A stretch of DNA of 64,000 bases from Candidatus Micrarchaeota archaeon. GTDB taxonomy: Archaea > Micrarchaeota > Micrarchaeia > Micrarchaeales > CABMGC01. Made by a program: the position numbers and the translations under genes. Under the pieces are notes generated by a model that ran no database searches, was not told the origin of the DNA, and saw only the letters and a program-made list of their open reading frames with translations. Position 1 is the stretch's first letter. Every line of letters starts with the position of its first letter. Positions 25,297-35,450 of this stretch are shown here, piece by piece. The stretch lies in assembly GCA_021852055.1 (NCBI GenBank), contig JAJZOD010000003.1, positions 82,846-146,845 on the forward strand, given 5' to 3'.

Positions 25297-26307
25297 CTAA
25301 GCTTTTTTGATGTCGCTTTCAACCATCAGCTTCACAAGCTCCTCAAATGTGGTTTTAGGCTTCCATCCCAGCAGCCGTTTTGCCTTGCTGTAATCAGCGA
25401 GCATATTGTCGGCTTCAAGAGGCCTGAAGAACTTGCTGCTCACGCTTACTACCTCCCTGCCGTTGTAAAATCCCTTTTCGTTCATGTCATTGCCTTTCCA
25501 TTCTATGTTCATGCCGGCAACTTCAAAAGCGCCTTCAACAAAGTCCCTTACTGTATGCAGCACGCCTGTTCCAAGTACAAAATCATCTGGCTCCTTCTGC
25601 TGCATCATCAGCCACATGCCTTCAACATAATCCTTTGCATATCCCCAGTCTTTTCTTGCATTCATGTTGCCAAGTTCGAGTACCTCCCTGCTGCCATTAT
25701 GCATCCTTGCAGCTGCAAGGCTTATCTTTCTTGTGACGAATTCCGGCCCGCGCACCTCGCTCTCATGGTTGAAAAGTATTCCATTAGCTCCAAAGATTCC
25801 GTAAGCCTCGCGGTAATTCTTAGTAAGCCAGTAACCTGCAAGCTTGCTTATGGCGTAAGGGCTCCTTGGGTGAAATGGCGTGCTCTCATCCTGCGGGACC
25901 TTCTCTGCAGTGCCATAAAGTTCGCTTGTCCCAGCAAAATAAAACCTGCTTTTAGGAGAAACCTCCTTTACAGCATTTACTATGTTCAGCGTACCTATTA
26001 TGTTGGTTTCAAGCGTAGCCTGCGGATTATGGAAGCTGTAGCCTACGAAGCTCTGCGCTGCGAGGTGGTATATCTCATCCGGTTCAGTGGCCTTGATGAC
26101 GTTGTTTATGAACTGTGCATCCGTCACATCACCGTGCTCCAGCTTTATCCTCTGGACAGTCTCGCGCGGCAGCATTTCAAGAGTTCCGAGCCGCATGTCC
26201 CTGTTCCTTCTGACTATGCCTGTAACGTCATAGCCCTTATCAAGCAGAAACTGCGCCATGAAGTATCCGTCCTGGCCTGTTATCCCTGTAACTAAAGCTT
26301 TTTTCAT
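25297..26307 (-). CDS. gmd: GDP-mannose 4,6-dehydratase
   Basis: MKKALVTGITGQDGYFMAQFLLDKGYDVTGIVRR...SELYG...YAISK...NHESE.RG. Confidence 0.9.
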   Translation of the reverse strand: MKKALVTGITGQDGYFMAQFLLDKGYDVTGIVRRNRDMRLGTLEMLPRETVQRIKLEHGDVTDAQFINNVIKATEPDEIYHLAAQSFVGYSFHNPQATLETNIIGTLNIVNAVKEVSPKSRFYFAGTSELYGTAEKVPQDESTPFHPRSPYAISKLAGYWLTKNYREAYGIFGANGILFNHESEVRGPEFVTRKISLAAARMHNGSREVLELGNMNARKDWGYAKDYVEGMWLMMQQKEPDDFVLGTGVLHTVRDFVEGAFEVAGMNIEWKGNDMNEKGFYNGREVVSVSSKFFRPLEADNMLADYSKAKRLLGWKPKTTFEELVKLMVESDIKKA

Positions 26308-26497
26308 GATATCCCTTAAATTATTGTATATAATTCCTAATATATAAGTTTTAGGATATGTATTCTATTAACATCCATAATTATTATAATTTGCGTGGAT
26401 GCGTGATAAGGCGTGCTACGGGCGCTGCCCTTGGGATAAGAGCGTAATTACCTATTTTTGTATGTGTCGCCTCATTTTAGGTTCAGCGGCAATACAT

Positions 26498-27616
26498 CTA
26501 TCGAAGAAGTTTTTTGTAGAATCTTCCAACATCCTGAATATAAAATGCCTCAAGGTTCTCCTTGTTTCTTATATACCTGCCTTTATCCCTGCTTCTTATT
26601 ATCTCAAGCGCTTTCTTTGCCATATCCTTTTCAGGCACAACTACGCACATGCTCTTCGCCTCATCGGATATCGGCGAGCCTTCCGGAATGAGAACCGGTG
26701 TGCCGACTGCAAGACTCTCAAGCGTTATTATGCTTAGCCCTTCTCTCTCAGACATATGCAACAGCAGCGAGGATCCTGCAAGTTTGTCGTAAAGCCTTGC
26801 CTTGTCTTTGTAAAACCCAGCAACACTAACATTCCTCTCCAGTGAAAGGCCTCTTATGTCGCGTTCTATGCTTTTCTTCTCAACGCCATCGCCTATTATC
26901 AGGCCTTTTACGCTGCTGTCCATTTTGATTATATCAGACATTATCCTGAGCCATTTGTCAATCCTCTTCTCCTTGATGAATCTGCCGGAGAAAATTACCA
27001 CTTTTTCACGTGCAGTGCCCCCTGCATGTTTTGCCTCAAGCTCTTTTCTGTCTAATATCGGTGCAAACACCAATATGCTACCTGCAGGTATGCCTCTTTC
27101 TTTCAAGGTATCCGCTATCCTTCCAAAATCTGCTATGTACCTGGCGGAATTTGATTTTATAAGAATATCCGAGTACCATCCTGCAATGCGCCCAAGTACC
27201 GGCCCGAGATAATCAACCCAATACCTTCTATCCCATACCTCGTCAAATCTTACCACCAGCTTGCATCTTCTGGCAAGCCTGTAGGTTCGTATGCCCAGCA
27301 GGTGCAGCACAGGAAACTCGTCTGTTATTATTGCATCGAACTTATACCTGAAAATGTTCATCGCATACAACGAAAACACAACCGCTTCACGTACCGAGCG
27401 CCTGCCGTGCCTGTATACATTTGTTTCACTTGCATCTCCATACGCGTGATATCTTACCCCGTTGTGCACGAACTCGCTCTGCATTCCAGGCCATTTAAGC
27501 GTGAAGAAGTGCACTTCATGCTCCTTTGCGAGCTCCTCTGCCTCGATGGCCATTATGTGTTCTATGCCTCCTTTATGCCATGGATACGGCACATCGTAGA
27601 CGAATGCTATTTTCAT
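26498..27616 (-). CDS. Glycosyltransferase, GT4 (group 1) family
   Basis: GT-B architecture with the C-terminal EGLSIITLESLAVGTPVL E-x7-E-type motif. Confidence 0.75.
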   Translation of the reverse strand: MKIAFVYDVPYPWHKGGIEHIMAIEAEELAKEHEVHFFTLKWPGMQSEFVHNGVRYHAYGDASETNVYRHGRRSVREAVVFSLYAMNIFRYKFDAIITDEFPVLHLLGIRTYRLARRCKLVVRFDEVWDRRYWVDYLGPVLGRIAGWYSDILIKSNSARYIADFGRIADTLKERGIPAGSILVFAPILDRKELEAKHAGGTAREKVVIFSGRFIKEKRIDKWLRIMSDIIKMDSSVKGLIIGDGVEKKSIERDIRGLSLERNVSVAGFYKDKARLYDKLAGSSLLLHMSEREGLSIITLESLAVGTPVLIPEGSPISDEAKSMCVVVPEKDMAKKALEIIRSRDKGRYIRNKENLEAFYIQDVGRFYKKLLR

Positions 27617-27690
27617 TAATTATCCCCTTCAAGCCCTAACCATCAATTCCCTGTTTTTTGACTTTCCATGTTCCACTTTTAGAAATAACC

Positions 27691-27724
27691 ACATACTTTG
27701 ATCTATAACATACTTTGATCTATA
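27691..27724. repeat. Perfect tandem duplication, 2 x 17 bp (acatactttgatctata), upstream of the GT4 gene
   Basis: Read directly: 27691-27707 equals 27708-27724. Confidence 0.9.
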
Positions 27725-27739
27725 TGCATATTTAACTAG

Positions 27740-28273
27740 TCACTTATGGCCTATCCTCTCTAAGACGAAATCCACGCGCTTCGATACCGGTAGCTTGGGT
27801 ATGGATACAACATTATACCCTGATTCTATATACGCCTCTTTCATAAACTCGGAAAGCCTGGAAGCTACGCTGAAAGGCTCCTTCCTCTCGGAATCAGTTG
27901 CATAAATCTCCTTCCATGGTTCTGTAAAGAATACTTCCTTACTGAAGCGGTACTTGCTTATGGCTTCAGATATGCCCTCAAGCACAGGCACTCCGGAGTG
28001 TTTCAGGTAGCCAATATTATCCACGAAGCTCCTGTCAAGGAACCATGTCCCGTCCTTTGCTGCAAGGTACTGTTTGACCTGCCTGTCCAAAAGCAGTTTG
28101 TTGAATGCCAAAATATCGCGCCATGGCAGAGCAGGGCTGTCAATCTCTATAAGCTCCTTTATGAGCAAACGGCTCTCTTCAGGCAGGCACCTGAATCCGC
28201 GCCTCTCAAGTTCTGTTATTATTGAAGTTTTGCCGCCTCCTGGCGCTCCTGTTATTACAAAAACATTTTTCAT
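27740..28273 (-). CDS. P-loop ATPase / nucleotide-kinase-like protein (AAA_28-type)
   Basis: MKNVFVITGAPGGGKTS is a Walker A motif at the N-terminus. Size is 177 aa. Confidence 0.6.
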   Translation of the reverse strand: MKNVFVITGAPGGGKTSIITELERRGFRCLPEESRLLIKELIEIDSPALPWRDILAFNKLLLDRQVKQYLAAKDGTWFLDRSFVDNIGYLKHSGVPVLEGISEAISKYRFSKEVFFTEPWKEIYATDSERKEPFSVASRLSEFMKEAYIESGYNVVSIPKLPVSKRVDFVLERIGHK

Positions 28274-28280
28274 CGCATCC

Positions 28281-29537
28281 TCATGTGCCTGTTTTCCAGC
28301 TTGACAGATACTCTATCTGCTCTTCTGTAAGCTTGTCTATAGAGATTCCCATAGCTTCAAGTTGCAGCCTAGAGATGTCATCATCAATGCTTTCCGGAAG
28401 GAGCACAACTTCTGCACCTAGTTTGCCCTTGTTTTTAACAAGGTATTCGCATGCAAGCGCCTGCCCTGCAAAGCTTGTTGCCATGACTTCGCTTGGATGC
28501 CCTTCTGCAGCTGCAAGGTTCACCAATCTGCCTTCCCCACACACATAGATCTTCCTGTCACCGAGTCCGTATTCATGGAAGTTTGGGCGTATCTGCCTTT
28601 TGCTGAAGTCTTTCAGCGATGCCATGTCTATTTCAACATCAAAATGTCCCGAATTTGCAAGTATTGCGCCGTCTTTCATCTTTTTCATATGCTCAAGGCG
28701 TATAACATTCTTGTCTCCTGTGACTGTCACGAATATGTCTCCCAGGCCTGCCGCGTCATCCATCTTCATCACCCTGAACCCGTCAAGTGCCGCCTGGAGC
28801 GCCTTGAAGTTGTCTACCTCTGTAACTATGACGTTCGCGCCCATGCCTTTGGCCCGCAGTGACACTCCCTTGCCGCAGCTCCCGTAACCTGCTACCACAA
28901 AGGTTTTGCCTGATATGAGGGTTGCGCTTGCGCGGATCAGGCCGTCGAGCGTTGACTGCCCTGTGCCATAATAATTATCAAGGAGATGTTTTGTCTTGTT
29001 GTCGTTTACTGCAATCACTGGATACTTCAGTGCATCTGCCTTCTTCATTGAATGAAGCCTTATTATCCCTGTGGTAGTTTCTTCGCATCCGCCTATTATC
29101 GAGCTTATCTGGCTAGGATACTTCTCATGAATCCTTGTTACTAGGTCGCAGCCGTCGTCTATTGTAATTGTTGGTTTTTCCGATATGACTTTATCCAAAT
29201 ATCTGTAATAATCCTCTACACTCTCCCCCCTGTAACCGTAGACCTTGACTCCTTCCTCGGCCAGGGCCGCAGCCACGTCATCCTGCGTTGAGAGCGGGTT
29301 GCAGCTTGCTATTGCCACATCCGCTCCTCCAGCGCGCAGAGCCTTTACGAGCACCGCAGTTTCCTTTGTAAGGTGGAGCGCCATGCCTACTGTCATGCCT
29401 TTGAACGGCCTCTCCTTCGAAAATCTATCCCTGATCTTGGTCACTATCTCCATGCGTTTTTCAGCGAGCTCTATGTTGAGCCTGCCCTGTTCTGCCAGCT
29501 TAAGGTCTTTTACTTCGTATGTGCTGCCTTTGTCCAT
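28281..29537 (-). CDS. ahcY: Adenosylhomocysteinase
   Basis: 418 aa, with VAGYGSCGKG NAD-binding loop, DDGCDL and HFDVEID motifs. Confidence 0.9.
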   Translation of the reverse strand: MDKGSTYEVKDLKLAEQGRLNIELAEKRMEIVTKIRDRFSKERPFKGMTVGMALHLTKETAVLVKALRAGGADVAIASCNPLSTQDDVAAALAEEGVKVYGYRGESVEDYYRYLDKVISEKPTITIDDGCDLVTRIHEKYPSQISSIIGGCEETTTGIIRLHSMKKADALKYPVIAVNDNKTKHLLDNYYGTGQSTLDGLIRASATLISGKTFVVAGYGSCGKGVSLRAKGMGANVIVTEVDNFKALQAALDGFRVMKMDDAAGLGDIFVTVTGDKNVIRLEHMKKMKDGAILANSGHFDVEIDMASLKDFSKRQIRPNFHEYGLGDRKIYVCGEGRLVNLAAAEGHPSEVMATSFAGQALACEYLVKNKGKLGAEVVLLPESIDDDISRLQLEAMGISIDKLTEEQIEYLSSWKTGT

Positions 29538-29589
29538 ATAATCACATAAATATATACATTTTATAAGGTATCAAATCAATGTCTGTCGA

Positions 29590-30312
29590 TTATGTTTTCC
29601 TAAGTTTTGCATAATACTCGGACGCTTTTAGCAACGAATCAAAGCTTCCAACATCAGACCAGAAGCCCTCTACCATGACAACTCTCAAAAGTCCATCATT
29701 CATATACTCTTTGTTCACGTCAGTGAGTTCTAGTTCACCTCTTGGGCTTTCCTTAAGCTGCCTTATGCGCTTAAAAACGTCGTTGGGGTAAATGTATAAT
29801 CCCGTAAGAACAAATTTTGATTTTGGATTCTCTGGCTTCTCTTCAATACTTATGACTTTATCATCCTTATCAAGCTCAACGACGCCAAACAACGATGGAT
29901 TATCGCTTTCTTTTACAAATATATACGCATACTTATCGGTGAAAGCTCCCCCTGGAATCTCTGCGGAGCTAAATACATTATCGGCAAGTATCACAACTAC
30001 TTTCTCTTTTCCAAAGAATTCTTCTGTCTGCAACAGTGCATGGGCAGTACCGCGGGGTTTGTTTTGCACCCTATACGTTAATGTAAGTTCCGGTCTCGCG
30101 TATACCTCGAGAAATCTTATAAAATCCTCAAGATGATCCTCACCTGTGACTATACAGACATTATCCACGCCGGATTTCTTGAGCGTATCCAACGGATATG
30201 TCACCATTGGTCTATCAAATACAGGAAGCAAACTCTTGTTAGTTACATATGTAAGCGGTCGTAGCCGTTTGCCCTCGCCTCCGGCAAGTATGGTACCCCT
30301 TCTGTTTGCCAA
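29590..30312 (-). CDS. Sugar-1-phosphate nucleotidylyltransferase (short form, RmlA/GlmU-N-like)
   Basis: ILAGGEGKRLRPLT signature. Confidence 0.8.
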   Translation of the reverse strand: MANRRGTILAGGEGKRLRPLTYVTNKSLLPVFDRPMVTYPLDTLKKSGVDNVCIVTGEDHLEDFIRFLEVYARPELTLTYRVQNKPRGTAHALLQTEEFFGKEKVVVILADNVFSSAEIPGGAFTDKYAYIFVKESDNPSLFGVVELDKDDKVISIEEKPENPKSKFVLTGLYIYPNDVFKRIRQLKESPRGELELTDVNKEYMNDGLLRVVMVEGFWSDVGSFDSLLKASEYYAKLRKT

Positions 30313-30392
30313 AAAACTACCTAATATATTATTACAGGCAAGATATTAAAGTGCTTTGCATGAATAAATAATCTGTCAAAATTTGTGATGTA

Positions 30393-31436
30393 ATGCAGAA
30401 ACTCTCTGTGCTCATAATGACTCGGAATAATACCAAGACAGCTATAAATCTAATTGAAGATCTGAAAGACATTGCAGACGAGTTTGTAATTATAGAAAGC
30501 AGTGAAGGAAAAGATAAAAATCTAATAAAGAAATATTCCTTAAAAAACAGAAAAGTCAGTATATACGATTCAGTAGCCCTTGGATATCAAGATCCATTGC
30601 GCATGTATGGTCTTAGCAAATGCGAAAACGAATGGGTTCTTCATCTGGATGTTGACGAGAGACTTTCATCTAGCCTAAAAACGGGACTTAAAAGTATGAT
30701 AAACACTCAAAAAGTGAGTGCATTCTCATTCAGAAGATACGAACACGTAGAAAACAATAACCATCGCAGGACTTCATTCTTCACTTGGCAGGTGCGTTTG
30801 TTTAAAAAGAGCAAGATAGTTTTCCATGGATTAATACACGAAGCCCCAATTATAAACGGCCATATCTATTATATAAAAGACAAAGAAAAATATGTCGAAC
30901 ATGTAGAAGAGTTCAAGGTATCCGGCCCGAGAGAGTATTCAATAATGCACAAGCTGGATAGATTATCCTATGCGGCATATAATGATGCCATGTTGGAATA
31001 CTTGGCAAAATTTACAAAAACTGACAAGAAGAAAATCAAAAAAACATTTGCAGGTAGAGTACTTATATCCCTAATTCTACTATATGAGCGGATAACCTTA
31101 AAGAAATATGACAAAGAGATAAGTAATTTTGACTATTTTTTTTATAATCTATTCAAGAGCGTAGGATACGCTATTATGATGAAAAGCCCTATGGCATTTA
31201 TAAGATCTTTCGAAAATGCAACATACGAGTCCCGGCGCATAAAAGAATGGAGGCGCGAGCCCGATGCCAAAGAACTATTTGAGTTATCTAAAATTATACG
31301 AAAAATCGGGATAATAAAGTTTCTAAATCTAGATAAGGAGGAAACTGTAAAAATAATATACAACAAATACAAAGGCAAAAAACAGGGGATATCCTTATTA
31401 CTTCATCTCCTTATTGAACAATATAAAAAACAATAA
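30393..31436 (+). CDS. Glycosyltransferase family 2 with a helical C-terminal extension
   Basis: LSVLIMTRNN... and an LDVDERL (DxD-like) motif. Confidence 0.65.
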   Translation: MQKLSVLIMTRNNTKTAINLIEDLKDIADEFVIIESSEGKDKNLIKKYSLKNRKVSIYDSVALGYQDPLRMYGLSKCENEWVLHLDVDERLSSSLKTGLKSMINTQKVSAFSFRRYEHVENNNHRRTSFFTWQVRLFKKSKIVFHGLIHEAPIINGHIYYIKDKEKYVEHVEEFKVSGPREYSIMHKLDRLSYAAYNDAMLEYLAKFTKTDKKKIKKTFAGRVLISLILLYERITLKKYDKEISNFDYFFYNLFKSVGYAIMMKSPMAFIRSFENATYESRRIKEWRREPDAKELFELSKIIRKIGIIKFLNLDKEETVKIIYNKYKGKKQGISLLLHLLIEQYKKQ

Positions 31437-31452
31437 AACAAACTTAGTAAAA

Positions 31453-32424
31453 TCAATTCAAAGAATGCAATGTCATTTCAGACCCCTTTTTTCTATATAT
31501 ATTATAGCCTTCAAAAATAGCCCGAAAGGTGACGCTAACTCTCCACAAGATTCTATCTTTGAGTCTAAGGCTTGATAATTTTCTTTGCCGGGTACTGCTC
31601 TCTATTGAGAAAATTGCGCTGAATAATATTATAAGTAGCGCCTCAAATCTCTTTACAAAACCAAAATTCTTGAAGATAAAATAAACCCAGTTTTTCTGGT
31701 TATTCTCAAAAAACCTGTCTCGTGCGCTCTTCTTCGGAGAATTGACATGCGTATAACCCTCCAAATGTGTCAGACTTACTCTGCCATCATACATTACTGA
31801 AAAACCGCTCTTCCTTGCTCTCACACAATAATCCGTATCCTCAAATCCAAATTTTAAATTTTCATCAAACAATCCAATTTTGTTTATGAGTTCCTTTTTC
31901 AATAAACACATAGCTGCAGTAGACGCCTCCACTTCTTCAATTTTATTATACTGACCTTTATCGATTTCACCCCTACCCCTGCTTCTGGGAGCAATGCCTA
32001 TTATCCCTCCTGCTTGTTGTATCCTACCTGTCGGATAACGCAGTTTGCACGTAAGTATTCCACAATGCTTATGACTTTCTGCTGTAACTACAAGTTCTCT
32101 CAACCAGTTCTTATTTTCAGCAAAAACGTCATTGCTAAAAAGAACCACGTAATCTGGGTTGTATTTGTGTATAGCATAAAAAATGCCCTTGTTGTTGACG
32201 TACGAAAAGTTATATACATTATTCTCTAACCGTAATAAATCACATTTTGCAGATTTTATGACTCGGAGTGAATCATCAGTAGAGCCATTGTCAACAACTA
32301 TAATTTTAAGATTGTTGTAATTTGTCTGTAGCAATCTTTTAAGGCTCTCCTGCAATATCCCTTTTCCGTTGAATTTCCTTTCCATGCCGTTATAGTTCAG
32401 CAAGATTATGGCGACTCTCTTCAT
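31453..32424 (-). CDS. Glycosyltransferase family 2
   Basis: VAIILLNYNG...VVDNGSTDDS...FGFEDTDYC. Confidence 0.8.
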   Translation of the reverse strand: MKRVAIILLNYNGMERKFNGKGILQESLKRLLQTNYNNLKIIVVDNGSTDDSLRVIKSAKCDLLRLENNVYNFSYVNNKGIFYAIHKYNPDYVVLFSNDVFAENKNWLRELVVTAESHKHCGILTCKLRYPTGRIQQAGGIIGIAPRSRGRGEIDKGQYNKIEEVEASTAAMCLLKKELINKIGLFDENLKFGFEDTDYCVRARKSGFSVMYDGRVSLTHLEGYTHVNSPKKSARDRFFENNQKNWVYFIFKNFGFVKRFEALLIILFSAIFSIESSTRQRKLSSLRLKDRILWRVSVTFRAIFEGYNIYRKKGSEMTLHSLN

Positions 32425-32495
32425 TATATCGTTACTGATTCTTCGCTAACATTTAAATATTTGGTAAGTCATCTATAAGTAAGTACGGTATAATT

Positions 32496-33752
32496 ATGGT
32501 CATAGCTAAAGAGATAAGTAGCTGTAGGATCTGTGGCTCAAAGGCACTTATAAGAATATTGTCGCTGGGCAACCAATGCGTTACTAACTTTCTCGATAAT
32601 TCAAACGAAGAGGTATACAAAGCACCCTTAGAGCTTGTATTATGTGATCCAAAATCCGGTGGGTGCGGTTTGCTGCAATTGAAGCACACATTTGATCATG
32701 ATCTATTATACAAAAAGTATTGGTATCAATCCGGCATAAGTACTACGATGGTCAGGGCGTTGTCCAATATAGTTGAAAGTGCAGAAGACATAGTAGTTCT
32801 AAAACCTAATGATATAGTCCTTGATATCGGGTCTAATGATGGTACCCTTCTAAAGCAGTATAAAAACAACGGAATAATTCGTATAGGGTTTGAGCCATCA
32901 AATCTGTGGCAGATAAGCAACAACGATGGCATAGAAGTAATCCACAATTACTTCAATTCAGCTGATTTTAATAGCCGATTCCCCTACAAGAAAGCAAAAA
33001 TTATCACAAGCATAGCTATGTTCTACGATTTGGAGAATCCCAGTCTGTTTGTTGAAAATATTAAAGAGTGCCTAGATTCTGACGGCTTATGGATTATACA
33101 GATGAATTATCTTGGCCTAATGTTAGAAAACAACACCTTTGATAATATAAGCCACGAGCATCTTGAATACTATTCTCTCGGAACGCTTGAGTATTTATTG
33201 AAAGCGCATAATCTTTCGGTGAAAGATGTATTGTTGAATGATGTCAATGGAGGCAGTTTTAGAATATATGTGACTCACAGCTCTTCCAAGCTTAGATTTC
33301 CTGAAGGGTCAGAATCCCGTATTACTGCCCAGAGAGAATACGAACGCTCTGCAGGATTCAATAATCCAGAGTCATATCACAAGTTTGCTGAGCGTATTAA
33401 AAACATCAAGAACCAACTTCTGCAATTTCTCAACTCTGAGAAGAATAATGGCAAGATCTCATATATTTATGGGGCGTCGACTCGTGGCCTTGTCCTTCTC
33501 CAATTCTGCGGTATAGATAATAAGCTAATAAAGTTCGCAACCGACAAGAATTCAGAAAAGTGGGGAAAATATATAGCAGGTACCGGTATTAAAATATTGC
33601 CAATTGATGAATATAGAAAAAATAAACCCGACTATTTATTGGTTTTGCCATATCAGTTTATAGACGAAATAGCCGAACAGGAAGCCAATTTTCTAGACGA
33701 TGGTGGGAAACTCTTAATAGCAATACCCTCACTAAAGATAATAAGTAAGTAG
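32496..33752 (+). CDS. NDP-hexose C-methyltransferase-like enzyme (N-terminal Zn ribbon + SAM MTase + C-terminal C-MTase domain)
   Basis: CRICGSKALIRILSLGNQ (Zn ribbon), LDIGSNDG (motif I), 418-aa architecture of the TylC3/Coq-like sugar C-methyltransferases. Confidence 0.65.
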   Translation: MVIAKEISSCRICGSKALIRILSLGNQCVTNFLDNSNEEVYKAPLELVLCDPKSGGCGLLQLKHTFDHDLLYKKYWYQSGISTTMVRALSNIVESAEDIVVLKPNDIVLDIGSNDGTLLKQYKNNGIIRIGFEPSNLWQISNNDGIEVIHNYFNSADFNSRFPYKKAKIITSIAMFYDLENPSLFVENIKECLDSDGLWIIQMNYLGLMLENNTFDNISHEHLEYYSLGTLEYLLKAHNLSVKDVLLNDVNGGSFRIYVTHSSSKLRFPEGSESRITAQREYERSAGFNNPESYHKFAERIKNIKNQLLQFLNSEKNNGKISYIYGASTRGLVLLQFCGIDNKLIKFATDKNSEKWGKYIAGTGIKILPIDEYRKNKPDYLLVLPYQFIDEIAEQEANFLDDGGKLLIAIPSLKIISK

Positions 33753-33762
33753 TTGATACTTT

Positions 33763-34731
33763 ATGAAAAAGATTTTGATAACTGGTGTAACAGGCTTCAT
33801 AGGCAGCAATCTGGCCAAGAATCTCACTATGCGTGGCTATGAAGTTATCGGTATAACCAAGTATTCATCGAGCAGGGACTCTGGGGCTCTTGCAGGATAT
33901 CTTGATGGTGTAAAAGTACTTACCTGTGATATAACTGATTTCCATTCCGTTTATCAAACTATCAGAAGCGTAAATCCGGATGCTGTAATACACCTGGCAG
34001 CACTCAGTGCTGTACACGGTTCATTCGAGAAGCCGATATTTTATACGCAGACGAACCTAATCGGCACTATGAACATAGTGCACAGCATTCTTGATCTTCC
34101 AGACTTCAAGTCAAAGAAATTATTATTCGCTTCCTCCGCGTTAGTTTACGGGATACAAGAAAATAAGGCAATAAATGAAGAAACTCCTCTGCTCCCGCTG
34201 AATCCATATTCTCTAACCAAAGCAACAATGGATTTATACTTAAGAAACATTAACAAAATATATGGGCTGAAAACTACCTCTATACGATTTGCTAATACCT
34301 ACGGGAGAACACTGAACAACGAGTTCTTTATAGAACATACCATATCCTCAATGCTGAAAAATGAGAAGATATACTTGGGCAATCCTGATACTGTAAAAGA
34401 TTATATGTACGTTTCTGATCATGTCAATATATACATAAATGCCTTAGAAAGCGACAAAGCAGGGGGAGAAGCATTCAATGCAGGAACCGGTGTGGGTGTA
34501 ACAAATAAAGAAATAGTATTCAAGCTTGCTGATATAATAGGCTATGATAAGGGCAATATCATACTCGGTCAGTTTCCTCCAGGATATCCTAGCAGACCAC
34601 AAGCTGCAAACGAACCATTTATAATACTTGACATAACAAAATCAAAAAGAATGTTAGGTTGGGATCCGAGGGTAAGCCTTGACGAAGGTCTCAAAATGTG
34701 CGTCAAGTTTTGGAAAGAGAGAATAAAGTGA
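33763..34731 (+). CDS. NAD-dependent nucleotide-sugar epimerase/dehydratase/reductase (extended SDR)
   Basis: ITGVTGFIGSNL and the catalytic YSLTK (YxxxK). Confidence 0.85.
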   Translation: MKKILITGVTGFIGSNLAKNLTMRGYEVIGITKYSSSRDSGALAGYLDGVKVLTCDITDFHSVYQTIRSVNPDAVIHLAALSAVHGSFEKPIFYTQTNLIGTMNIVHSILDLPDFKSKKLLFASSALVYGIQENKAINEETPLLPLNPYSLTKATMDLYLRNINKIYGLKTTSIRFANTYGRTLNNEFFIEHTISSMLKNEKIYLGNPDTVKDYMYVSDHVNIYINALESDKAGGEAFNAGTGVGVTNKEIVFKLADIIGYDKGNIILGQFPPGYPSRPQAANEPFIILDITKSKRMLGWDPRVSLDEGLKMCVKFWKERIK

Positions 34732-34733
34732 AA

Positions 34734-35450
34734 CTAAATCTGCATCCACGTCTGTGGTATTTTTTCAGCCTCCTTCACGTCCTTCGGTGTGTTAATGCTT
34801 ATCCATTCCTCATCTCCTGAAATCATTTTGCCTTTTATCTTTCCGCTATTTATCAATTCAGCAAATGTTGTATTCTCTATGGATCCGCTGCTTGGTATAA
34901 AATCTATTATTTTCTTATCGAATATGTAAACGCCTATGCTTATCGGTATGGCATTAAGTTTCTTTCCATACTCAAAGCTTGTTACTGTATTTGAAGAATC
35001 GAATTTGACTACGCTGAATCTACATGGGAACGGTGACAAAGCCATGGTGACTATCGGCTTATATTTAAAATATAGTGCTTTCATATTCTCAAGATTAAGG
35101 TTTGTTAGTTCATCTCCATTCATTGCAACAAACGCATCATCTTTCACAAACCGTTTTATTGCAAGTCCAAAAGCCTCAGCGGTACCTCCCTCTATAGTAT
35201 GTTCGCTTATGTCGACTTCTAATCCGAAGTTGTCGTTCTCCTTCATATACTCGTAAATTTTTTCTTTTTTGTATGACACCCCCAAGACCAAATGCGTTAT
35301 ACCATATTTCTTGAGCCATCTAATTATCCAATAAAGGAGTGGTTTTCCACTGACTTCTACGAGTGTTTTCGGCATGTCTTTTGTGAGCGGGGCAAGTCTG
35401 GATCCTTCACCACCAACTATTACGACTGCTGTTCTTATCTCAAAAATCAT
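34734..35450 (-). CDS. Sugar-phosphate nucleotidylyltransferase
   Basis: VVIVGGEGSRLAPLTKDMPKTLVEV. Confidence 0.8.
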   Translation of the reverse strand: MIFEIRTAVVIVGGEGSRLAPLTKDMPKTLVEVSGKPLLYWIIRWLKKYGITHLVLGVSYKKEKIYEYMKENDNFGLEVDISEHTIEGGTAEAFGLAIKRFVKDDAFVAMNGDELTNLNLENMKALYFKYKPIVTMALSPFPCRFSVVKFDSSNTVTSFEYGKKLNAIPISIGVYIFDKKIIDFIPSSGSIENTTFAELINSGKIKGKMISGDEEWISINTPKDVKEAEKIPQTWMQI

